Part shown: one piece after another, positions 16,988 through 24,000 of the stretch
Layout: each line of letters starts with the position of its first letter
Numbering within the stretch: the first letter of the stretch is position 1
Sequence record: MG250483.1
Length of the DNA: 24,000 nt
Reading direction: 5' to 3' (one strand)
Origin: Aeromonas phage Ah1
Made by a program: the position numbers and the translations under genes
Notes under the pieces: model-generated
Told to the model about the DNA's origin: nothing
What the model saw: the letters and a program-made list of their open reading frames with translations, nothing else
The model's database searches: none

Positions 16988-16993
16988 GAGCGC
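16968..16993 (-). terminator. Hairpin after regA (possible terminator) overlapping the gene 43 promoter
   Basis: Perfect 10-bp stem GCGCTCTTGA-CAACAA-TCAAGAGCGC, 8 nt after the regA stop, followed by ATTTATAAT (weak U tract). Confidence 0.6.
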
Positions 16994-17001
16994 CGTTTGT
17001 A

Positions 17002-17370
17002 TTAAGAGCCGAACTTGTATTTGTGTACCAGAGTCCAGTTAGCTTTCTCTTTGTGAGAGATCACTCGGAAGAAGTTGTTCCCTGGTGCGTTGTGCTCGCT
17101 CACGATATCACACATTCCCCATTCTTTCAGCAACACCGCGATATCGTTACGACGGTCGATATCTTCTTGGCTGATTTCCACTTGACGGCCGTCGAGCTGG
17201 AGCAGTTCCTTGAAGTGAACGATGTAATACTTGCCTTGCTTTTGAAGAATGTGGCAGCTTTGATACAGTCGCTTTTCTACGTTGTTCGCGATACCGATGC
17301 GGGTCAGTGTTTCGCGGATTTTCAGGAAGTCTTCGTCTTTTTTCAGTTGAATTTGCAGCATCATTTTCAT
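17002..17370 (-). CDS. regA: RegA-like translational repressor
   Basis: ETLTRIGIANNVEKRLYQSCHILQKQGKYYIVHFKELLQLDGRQVEISQED...NNFFRVIS closely matches T4 RegA. Start may be MKMM or an adjacent Met. Confidence 0.92.
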   Translation of the reverse strand: MKMMLQIQLKKDEDFLKIRETLTRIGIANNVEKRLYQSCHILQKQGKYYIVHFKELLQLDGRQVEISQEDIDRRNDIAVLLKEWGMCDIVSEHNAPGNNFFRVISHKEKANWTLVHKYKFGS

Positions 17371-17379
17371 TATGTCCTT

Positions 17380-17961
17380 TTACCAAGATCGGATAGCGCG
17401 TTGAATTTTTTCGCGCTCAGTTTTAGTTGGGATAACAGTCAAGCAACGGGCGTTGACGTCATTAACGGTAGGAGAAAACATTTTCTTTAACCGTTTGATT
17501 TGTTCATCAGAAAAATAATCAATATATTCTCTGGCTCGTGGAATCGAGACTTCGTAATAATCAGAAACAAGGTATTCGAATACTCTTTGTTCCCAATCGT
17601 CCGTGAGTTTAGCGAACTTTACTTTCGGGAGACTACACTTCCGAACAGTAAAATAAAGGTAATCGTAATGCATCTGATCGCTAATAAACCCTTCCATAGA
17701 ATTCAGTTCAGAAGCATAACCACTCATGGTAACATGCTGGGACAGAGCATTGTTTATTGCATGTTGATCGTAATCAGAGAATCGATCAACTGTGCCGTGT
17801 CCCCGCTTCTGTGTAACGTTATCGATTATTTCGAACAGGGATTGTTCAGCCGGTACCTTAAACTGCTTGGCAAGCTCTTTTACAGCGTTCCAATCTCTGG
17901 AACGCCATGCAATCTCATGCTCGTTTAAATCTTCTTCGTCCATAAAACAGGCGAGAGACAT
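17380..17961 (-). CDS. 62: Clamp loader small subunit (gp62-like); start revised from 18006 to ATG 17961
   Basis: MSLACFMDEEDLNEHEIAWRSRDWNAVKELAKQFKVPAEQSLFEIIDN resembles the T4 gp62 N terminus; the revised ATG directly follows the gene 44 stop. Confidence 0.8.
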   Translation of the reverse strand: MSLACFMDEEDLNEHEIAWRSRDWNAVKELAKQFKVPAEQSLFEIIDNVTQKRGHGTVDRFSDYDQHAINNALSQHVTMSGYASELNSMEGFISDQMHYDYLYFTVRKCSLPKVKFAKLTDDWEQRVFEYLVSDYYEVSIPRAREYIDYFSDEQIKRLKKMFSPTVNDVNARCLTVIPTKTEREKIQRAIRSW

Positions 17962-17962
17962 T

Positions 17963-18928
17963 TTATTTCCACTCCATTTCCATACTGAGATCAGCAAGTA
18001 GATCAAACAGATGAATTTCCATGTTCGGAATACCGTTAGCGTATTTCTGATTTTCGGCGATAAGCTTGATCATCACACGCAGAGAAGTCGGTTTAACTTC
18101 AACGAAAAGACGCTCATACAGTTTGGTGATAAAGCTATCGTAATCAACGGTAAACTTCGGAACAAGCGAACGAACATCACCGAGCTTTTTAGACTTGAGC
18201 ATGGTAACAACGTCGTTCATATCTTCGGTTGCTTGCGTGGCTTTAGTCAAAACACCTTCATCGATCTTACCTGATTTTGCATAACTATCAAGCATTGTGA
18301 TAGTGCCACGCAGATCAGGGAAGTTTTGTTTCACAAGAGCAGCGATAGCTTTACGAGATTCTACTACAACTCCTTCCATTTCGCAAATGGTTTCACACCG
18401 TACGATCATTTCTTTCATCATGCGGAGCTTGTCGTCCGCGGTAGGATTACCGAATTCAATCTGACGGAATCGAGATTTCAGTGGACCGGGAATAGCTTCT
18501 ACGTTGTTGCAAGTCATGATAACAGAACAGTTCGAGCTAAACGCTTCCATCCAAGAACGGAGTTCTTCATGAACAGCTTTCATGCCCTTGTTATCGCCTT
18601 CATCGATGATGATAACTTTGCCACCCGGCTTACGAGTCATGGTAGACGCAAACGCGGTCAGGTCATTACGCAGATCATCGATACGCAGTTTACCACCAGA
18701 GATAAACATAACTTCGGCATCGATCTCATTACAAAGAACCCGTGCCATTGTAGTTTTGCCAGTACCGGGGCTTTTGGAGAACAGCAGGATGTGGGGGATT
18801 CTGCCGGTCGCAACGATACCTTTGAAACGCTCGATATCAGCAGACGGAAGAATACATTCGGAAATCAATGCGGGACGGTACTTTTGTTCCCACATAAACT
18901 CTTTTGGATCGGTGATAGTCACAGTCAT
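17963..18928 (-). CDS. 44: Clamp loader large subunit (gp44-like, AAA+)
   Basis: WEQKYRPALISECILP, LLFSKSPGTGKTTMARVL (Walker A), KVIIIDEGDN (Walker B variant), SVIMTCNN (sensor 1), PLKSRFRQIEF (SRC-type motif). Confidence 0.93.
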   Translation of the reverse strand: MTVTITDPKEFMWEQKYRPALISECILPSADIERFKGIVATGRIPHILLFSKSPGTGKTTMARVLCNEIDAEVMFISGGKLRIDDLRNDLTAFASTMTRKPGGKVIIIDEGDNKGMKAVHEELRSWMEAFSSNCSVIMTCNNVEAIPGPLKSRFRQIEFGNPTADDKLRMMKEMIVRCETICEMEGVVVESRKAIAALVKQNFPDLRGTITMLDSYAKSGKIDEGVLTKATQATEDMNDVVTMLKSKKLGDVRSLVPKFTVDYDSFITKLYERLFVEVKPTSLRVMIKLIAENQKYANGIPNMEIHLFDLLADLSMEMEWK

Positions 18929-18995
18929 TTTATATGTCTCTCAGTGCATGGGTAAAACAGTTTGGAATAACTAGCATTCAAAACTATTCTAAAGT

Positions 18996-19013
18996 GGGGA
19001 GGTTGCCCTCCCC
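18996..19013 (-). terminator. GC-rich hairpin with GCAA tetraloop after gene 45
   Basis: Minus strand GGGGAGG-GCAA-CCTCCCC, 8 nt after the gene 45 stop; followed by ACTTTAG, so a weak terminator or a processing/stability element. Confidence 0.5.
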
Positions 19014-19021
19014 GACAGTTA

Positions 19022-19699
19022 TTAAGCAGTGTACTTGGATTTGGAGTCAATTGCAATGATATAGCTTGCAGTTGCACCCTTGAAACAGATTGCTCCTTCT
19101 TTTGCGATCATCACGGTATATTTGCCGTCGATCATCTTCATGTTACCAATCGCAACGATGAAATCAAAAGTAGCGTCGTCTCCTTCGAAGTCATCAGCAA
19201 TAGCAATCTCAAAGCTGTTGGAGTTGCTTTCGCCGCCGGTCAGACGAGCGATAATCTTACGACCGTCGTTGACAAAGTGCAGATCTACCAGGGACATAGT
19301 AGAGGCAGATTTGTCGATTTGTTTCAGTTGCTCGGCAGTAATCTCGAACACAACGGAAGCAGTTGGCATGGTCAGTGCTTTCTTCGGATGTGCGATAGTA
19401 CCGGCTTCTGCCATTTTGATTTTTGCCATAGCTTTGCCACCGGATGCATTCTTGATAGTGATATATTCACCGTCTTCGGTAACATCAGCAGGCAGACCAA
19501 CCATCGCAGCAACACCCAAGAATTCACCGAGGCTGTAGATTCGCAGCTCGCTATCTACGGTATCTTTGATGGTGCTTTCGGCATACAGAACGTTGTTCAC
19601 GCTCTTGGTGTTGACGAAAGTACCCGGTTTCAGTACCACAGACGGGTTAATTTTTGCGAAGTTAGACAGGATTTCTACGGTTTCTTTGCTCAGTTGCAT
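19022..19699 (-). CDS. 45: Sliding clamp (gp45-like)
   Basis: 225 aa (T4 gp45 is 228 aa); position directly upstream of 44/62; GAGGAAATAAAATG start context; MQLSKETVEILSNFAKINPSVVLKPG resembles gp45. Confidence 0.9.
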   Translation of the reverse strand: MQLSKETVEILSNFAKINPSVVLKPGTFVNTKSVNNVLYAESTIKDTVDSELRIYSLGEFLGVAAMVGLPADVTEDGEYITIKNASGGKAMAKIKMAEAGTIAHPKKALTMPTASVVFEITAEQLKQIDKSASTMSLVDLHFVNDGRKIIARLTGGESNSNSFEIAIADDFEGDDATFDFIVAIGNMKMIDGKYTVMIAKEGAICFKGATASYIIAIDSKSKYTA

Positions 19700-19735
19700 T
19701 TTATTTCCTCAGTTCAATTCAGTTAGATAGGTATA

Positions 19736-20032
19736 TTACGCTGCTTTCCACTCGGAGTAAACAAGAGCAGCGGCATCAGGGAAAAATTCTTCGAACTCGC
19801 GTTTGCAGTTCAGATTTTCGGTACGGAACTTCTGACTCAGACGAATCGCAGTTTCGATTACATCATCGTCAAATTCTTTGTAAATCTCAAAACGAACATC
19901 ACGTTCCAGACATTGCAGGCGATCATAGTCTTCCTGAGACATGAGTCGGACCCAGTTTTTACGAGCCAGATTCTGATAGAAGAAAGCCGCGCTCAGAGTT
20001 TTCAGGGAATCACCAGGGATAAAATCAATCAT
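19736..20032 (-). CDS. Hypothetical protein (start revised to ATG 20032)
   Basis: 98 aa starting MIDFIPGDSLKTL with SD GGAG and 6-nt spacing; the track start at 20044 is TTG. Confidence 0.6.
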   Translation of the reverse strand: MIDFIPGDSLKTLSAAFFYQNLARKNWVRLMSQEDYDRLQCLERDVRFEIYKEFDDDVIETAIRLSQKFRTENLNCKREFEEFFPDAAALVYSEWKAA

Positions 20033-20204
20033 TTCGTACTCCAATCAGGTATGTAATGTAACGTTTCATAGAACGAGACAAGTGTTTTTGTTTCTTGTCT
20101 CTGTTGTCGTGCATTATACACGACTTGATCCAAAAGTAAAGTGCTAATAGACAAATAATCGGAAACATTATTGTCAGTATTATTCGGTCTATCATAGCTT
20201 CCAT
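20025..20204 (-). CDS. Small putative membrane protein
   Basis: About 59 aa from ATG 20204; hydrophobic stretch IILTIMFPIICLLALYFWI then a basic tail. Confidence 0.5.
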   Translation of the reverse strand: MEAMIDRIILTIMFPIICLLALYFWIKSCIMHDNRDKKQKHLSRSMKRYITYLIGVRND

Positions 20205-20368
20205 GCTATCCAATGAGGATCAAAGTTGTTGATAATACGTGTCAATTGTTCTTCGCCAAATCTGGCTACCAACTGATTATACGTGACTTTGATCTCGTGG
20301 TCAATCCCTTTGTTTGATAGTACCCAGAATTCCACATCTGGGCACACGTCTTGTATGTTATCGAACAT
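20192..20368 (-). CDS. Hypothetical small protein (start revised to ATG 20368)
   Basis: 58 aa MFDNIQDVCPDVEFWVLSNKGIDHEIKVTYNQLVARFGEEQLTRIINNFDPHWIAWKL; SD-like GGTGG just upstream; overlaps the gene 46 end by 11 nt. Confidence 0.55.
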   Translation of the reverse strand: MFDNIQDVCPDVEFWVLSNKGIDHEIKVTYNQLVARFGEEQLTRIINNFDPHWIAWKL

Positions 20369-22676
20369 TCTCCACCATCGTAGTAAAGCGACCTTGCTTA
20401 TGCATACGAATGTGGCGATTGAAACTGTCATCCATAGCGTCTTTACGATGCGAGATAACAATTATGTTGGACTTCATACTATCCAGCATTTTGTTGATTC
20501 CAACGATACCCATTTCATCACAGGATCCGTCGAACACTTCGTCCATGCATAGCAGGTTGATATTAACTCCACTAATCATACTGCTAACATCGCGCCATGT
20601 AAACAACAAACTGAGGTTGATTCTCGCTTTCTCACCTTCTGAGAAGGAAGCATAACAGAAATCTTCTCTACCACGAGATTTGATAGATTCGTTGAATCCT
20701 TCATCAAGCGCAAACACATAGTCGGCACCCAATGCTTTCAAATACTCGTTGATCTTCTTGTTAAACACAGGGATATATCGTTTAACAATGTGCGCTTTCA
20801 CGCCGTTGTCTTTCAACATATCGGCAACAATTGAACGATGATGAAGTTCAAGAACAATCTTAGCGATCTCGTCCTTCAACTCATTAGCTCGTTTAAGTGC
20901 TGCATCAACTTGAGAACGATCATACTCGGTAGCTTTCAAGTCGTCAATCTGTTTTTTCAAGTTTCTTGCGTTTTCTGCGGTAGTCTCATAGGACTCGGTA
21001 CCAGTAGCGATACTAGCTTTCAACGCTTCCACATTCGCTTTGTATTGTGCAACAGCCAGATTGTGTTTTGCAACACGTTCCGACTTCAAACGTTCAACTT
21101 CGTCTTCCAACTGAGACAGGCGATCTTCCAATTCGGCTTTGTTGTCTTTGAAACTGTCAATAGCCCAACGTTTTTCGTCTTCGAGTTTGCGCATATTGCG
21201 ATCATACTCGATTACCTGATTTGCGTGACTCAGGCGCATTTCCTCGATCTCTCGATCAATTCGACGGATCTCGGCTTCGTGCTGTTCGCTGATAGTACGA
21301 CACTGATAGGCATAATCTGCCGTCTGCTTTTCGTACTCACGGCGTTTACGCTCGTTTTCGTCAACAGTTGCCCGATATGCTTTGAGATCAATTTCGTATT
21401 GCTGTTCCTGTGCAGTCAGATCGGAAATAATCTGTTCTTGCTCAGAAATTTTAACATCAAAACTAGCGATTTCGTTATCGATTTCGGCAATGCGATCATG
21501 AGAATGCGTAGAGCAATCGGTGCCGCAAGTTGGACACTCACCACCTTTCTCAAAAAATTCTCGACGTCCAACGAGCTGGCGCTTATCCAGTTCGAATGCC
21601 ATCTTTAGCTGATTAGCTAGTTTCAGTTCTTCGCGAACGTTCACCACAGTCGGCTCAGACGCTTCCACGTACACCGGTTCCTCGGGAATAGGAACAGCGG
21701 CAGTCTTGTCAATCAGATCTTCTTGAGTTGGCTTAGAATCGCGCAACATCATTTCGTCATGATCCAATGCACATTCATGAGGCTGATCCAAACGCAGCAT
21801 AGCAATCTTGGATTGAATCTCGTCCAACTCTTCTTTGTGGGAAGATTGGAGTTCATCAATCTGAGAATTCAGATTAGCGCGTTTGTCTTCAACTTCTTGT
21901 GAATCGTCCTGCTCAATATACTCTGGCTCTACCAGAGATTCAAGCTCATTTTTATTTTTGGCAACACTTTCTTTAAACGCTTTCGCCTGATCTACCAACG
22001 AACGGAAGTTAGTGGTGAACATAGCGATCATGTTATCAGTCTGTTTTTGTTGCGCGGTAATCGACGCTTCGGCAGTTTGCTGTTCGCTTTCCGCGGAAGC
22101 TAGTTTTACGCGCAAAAGTTCAAGCTCGCCCTTCTTCTCTTTGATGATCCCTTTGTTGATCTTGTCCATGTCGCCTATAACGGAAACATCCAGAAGATCT
22201 TCAACGAGTTCGCGACGCTTACCAGCAGGCAGTTCCATGAACGGCTTATATCCAGCAGTGCCAAGAACGATGATCTGCTTGAAACTGTCGTAACTGATAC
22301 CAAGCAACTCGTTTTCAAAATACGATTGATATTCCGTCGCGCTTGCAACTTCTTTCAGCGGCTCGCCGTTCTTTGTGATTTTAAGAATGTTAGGCTTGAT
22401 ACCGCGCTCGATATGATAGCGATCTTTACCAACACTCAATTCACCTTCAACATGGAGACCCTTCTTGTTCTGAGAGTTCACCAGTTGCGCTTTTGTTACA
22501 TCACGAAACGCTTTGCCATAAAGCAGGAAAGTAAGTGCTTCGATAAAAGTAGACTTACCCGCGCCGTTAGTGCCAGTGACAAGCGTTTTCTTGTGTTCGT
22601 CAAGAGTGACGCGAATTGCCTTCGCGCCAACTGACATAATATTCTGGTATTTTACCCAGTGAAATGAAATATCCAT
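20358..22676 (-). CDS. 46: Recombination endonuclease subunit (gp46-like, Rad50/SbcC family)
   Basis: LVTGTNGAGKSTFIEALTFLLYGKAFRD (Walker A), long coiled coil with CPTCGTDC zinc-hook-like motif, FSEGEKARINLSLLFTWRD (signature), LLCMDEVFDGSCDEMG (Walker B). Confidence 0.93.
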   Translation of the reverse strand: MDISFHWVKYQNIMSVGAKAIRVTLDEHKKTLVTGTNGAGKSTFIEALTFLLYGKAFRDVTKAQLVNSQNKKGLHVEGELSVGKDRYHIERGIKPNILKITKNGEPLKEVASATEYQSYFENELLGISYDSFKQIIVLGTAGYKPFMELPAGKRRELVEDLLDVSVIGDMDKINKGIIKEKKGELELLRVKLASAESEQQTAEASITAQQKQTDNMIAMFTTNFRSLVDQAKAFKESVAKNKNELESLVEPEYIEQDDSQEVEDKRANLNSQIDELQSSHKEELDEIQSKIAMLRLDQPHECALDHDEMMLRDSKPTQEDLIDKTAAVPIPEEPVYVEASEPTVVNVREELKLANQLKMAFELDKRQLVGRREFFEKGGECPTCGTDCSTHSHDRIAEIDNEIASFDVKISEQEQIISDLTAQEQQYEIDLKAYRATVDENERKRREYEKQTADYAYQCRTISEQHEAEIRRIDREIEEMRLSHANQVIEYDRNMRKLEDEKRWAIDSFKDNKAELEDRLSQLEDEVERLKSERVAKHNLAVAQYKANVEALKASIATGTESYETTAENARNLKKQIDDLKATEYDRSQVDAALKRANELKDEIAKIVLELHHRSIVADMLKDNGVKAHIVKRYIPVFNKKINEYLKALGADYVFALDEGFNESIKSRGREDFCYASFSEGEKARINLSLLFTWRDVSSMISGVNINLLCMDEVFDGSCDEMGIVGINKMLDSMKSNIIVISHRKDAMDDSFNRHIRMHKQGRFTTMVENVR

Positions 22677-23704
22677 TATGCTCCCTTACCGGAGTTTGCA
22701 ACTGCATAAAGCTCCTGAACATAGCCGCCAACGGACTTTTTATCGTCGTCGTCAATCGCTAGTCCAGTAACGTAGTCTTTCATTTGTTCGATAACTTTTT
22801 TCGTTTCGGTGATATCTTCAACATCGGAAGAGAAGCTATACACCTGTTTATGACGGAACTCATAGCACACGTTTTCGAATTGCGCCATGACAGCATCAAG
22901 TTTGTCATCGAACTCATAGATTACCAATTCTACGATCTTGTCCTTGCATTTGTCAATGACTTTCGGATCAAAATCTTTCTTGTAATCGATTCGCAGATGC
23001 CAGATATCGGGGTTAGCGACAAATTCCAGTTCTTTAGTATCAGTATCGAATACCCAGAATCCGCGAATCTCGTTGCAATCGCCCATAGTCAGGGTGTACG
23101 GTGTGCCGGTATACAATACATTGCCCTTACGGCTTGATGTGTGATAGTGGCCACTAATAACTTGCTTGTAGTTGCTCAGGAAGTCAATTGCTTCACCGGT
23201 AGACGGAATTCCCTTGTAGAACTCGAATCCGTCAAGCTCCCAGTGTCCAACGCAGTATTCGGAATCCGTCTCGGCGGCGTATTTCTCGATTGCTTCTTTG
23301 TTCTCAGAGCACTTCCACGGATACAGATCCCAAAGAGTATCACCAAACGCAACAGTGGTTGGCTTATCGATGATATGGATACCTGGTACATCATGAAACA
23401 TTTCGGTAACACTATTCGGCATGATCTTGTCTTTAAGATGCATATCGTGGTTGCCGATAATGATATACTCGTCTGTAAACGCATCCTGGTACATCGGACT
23501 AAGCACTTCGCGTTGGAACTTCATCGTCTCTTGCGAGAGACCAGCACGAACGTCAAACCAGTCGCCAGTTTGAATCAGCGTTTTGATATCGTGTTTCTTG
23601 GCGTAGTCGCACAGAAATTTGGAACCAAGATAGATAGCGTTTTGCATGTATGCGCTATCTTTTTGGGTTCCAACATGCTTATCGCCTTCAATGATAAGTT
23701 TCAT
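22676..23704 (-). CDS. 47: Recombination endonuclease subunit (gp47-like, Mre11/SbcD family); start revised from 23743 to 23704
   Basis: GDKHVG, TGDWFDVRAG, IIGNHDMH, CVGHWELDG, VISGHYHTSS metallophosphatase motifs; ATG at 23704 preceded by GAGGAAATAAT; stop overlaps the gene 46 start (TAATG). Confidence 0.92.
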   Translation of the reverse strand: MKLIIEGDKHVGTQKDSAYMQNAIYLGSKFLCDYAKKHDIKTLIQTGDWFDVRAGLSQETMKFQREVLSPMYQDAFTDEYIIIGNHDMHLKDKIMPNSVTEMFHDVPGIHIIDKPTTVAFGDTLWDLYPWKCSENKEAIEKYAAETDSEYCVGHWELDGFEFYKGIPSTGEAIDFLSNYKQVISGHYHTSSRKGNVLYTGTPYTLTMGDCNEIRGFWVFDTDTKELEFVANPDIWHLRIDYKKDFDPKVIDKCKDKIVELVIYEFDDKLDAVMAQFENVCYEFRHKQVYSFSSDVEDITETKKVIEQMKDYVTGLAIDDDDKKSVGGYVQELYAVANSGKGA

Positions 23705-23731
23705 ATTATTTCCTCGTGAATAAGTATAGCT

Positions 23732-23760
23732 ATGATACATCAAGGTCAGCGAGTAGTCAA
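23732..23760 (-). promoter_or_regulatory. Candidate sigma70-type promoter for the 47-46 operon
   Basis: Minus strand TTGACT (23755-23760), 17-nt spacer, TATCAT (23732-23737), 28 nt upstream of the gene 47 ATG. Confidence 0.65.
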
Positions 23761-23787
23761 CATGTGCGCGGCACTTCGAGCGTAGCG

Positions 23788-23836
23788 AGACAAAACAAAA
23801 TCTCTTATAGATCTTTAATGAGAATCTATTTTGTCT
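23788..23836. repeat. Imperfect 17-bp inverted repeat upstream of the gene 47 promoter
   Basis: AGACAAAACAAAATCTC (23788-23804) versus the reverse complement of 23820-23836, AGACAAAATAGATTCTC (14/17 identical), 15-nt spacer. Confidence 0.6.
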
Positions 23837-23890
23837 TCCTTAAGGTAATCAATGAGTTAGCTTCGCGGTGGCTTGCCACTTACCATACGA

Positions 23891-23912
23891 AAAAGCCACC
23901 CGAAGGTGGCTC
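23891..23912 (-). terminator. Rho-independent terminator
   Basis: Minus strand AGCCACC-TTCG-GGTGGCT-TTTTC: 7-bp stem, UUCG tetraloop, T run; follows the stop of the partial CDS. Confidence 0.88.
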
Positions 23913-24000
23913 AAATGTCAAGCGTCTTAGCTTTGATGTATCCAGTTTGTTCGATGTACTGTTCCAACTCTTCTTTCGTCCACCGCTCTTTGTCAAGAGA
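23912..24000 (-). CDS. C-terminal end of an unidentified protein (partial)
   Basis: Open frame ...SLDKERWTKEELEQYIEQTGYIKAKTLDI* running off the window edge, stop TGA at 23912-23914 directly before the terminator. Confidence 0.6.

Noticed and set aside
17147-17386. Minus-strand 79-aa ORF overlapping regA
   Set aside because: Alternative frame of the strongly supported regA gene; basic low-quality translation.
20838-21608. Plus-strand ORF (256 aa) opposite gene 46
   Set aside because: Antisense to the coiled-coil region; low-complexity L/F/C-rich translation expected from reverse-complemented E/K-rich coding sequence.
1-24000. CRISPR arrays, tRNA clusters, anti-defence or retron-like modules
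   Set aside because: No regularly spaced direct repeats, no tRNA-like cloverleaf and no reverse transcriptase or defence-type ORF seen; coding space is almost fully occupied by replication genes.

Overview
The window is a single-direction (minus-strand) block of a large tailed-phage genome carrying a T4-like replication/recombination module. In transcription order (right to left) it holds: end of an unknown CDS, 47 (Mre11/SbcD-like), 46 (Rad50/SbcC-like), small ORFs including one with a likely TM helix, 45 (sliding clamp), 44 and 62 (clamp loader), regA, 43 (DNA polymerase), uvsX, an HNH homing endonuclease, two unknown ORFs, 41 (DnaB-like helicase), an unknown ORF, 61 (primase), a split GIY-YIG endonuclease, dut, dexA-like exonuclease, small ORFs, a split MazG-like ORF, a split type II topoisomerase large subunit (39/60), a CYTH-domain protein, two small ORFs and rIIA. 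I found no new defence system or CRISPR array. The main oddities are: (1) three genes (topoisomerase large subunit, MazG-like, GIY-YIG) whose downstream half lies in the -1 frame of the upstream half. The topoisomerase case is the strongest, because it is the gene family that T4 splits into genes 39 and 60, with recoding in 60, and because it has a candidate A_AAG plus hairpin arrangement. Sequence error or decay remains a serious alternative. (2) A perfect-consensus TTGACA-N17-TATAAT promoter fused to a 10-bp hairpin between regA and gene 43, with gene 43 starting at TTG inside an overlapping 38-codon upstream ORF. (3) A uvsX leader with a mini-ORF and a direct repeat flanking the ribosome-binding site. 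(4) Stop codons buried in terminator loops. All family assignments come from recognised motifs and remembered T4 sequences; no database search was run.
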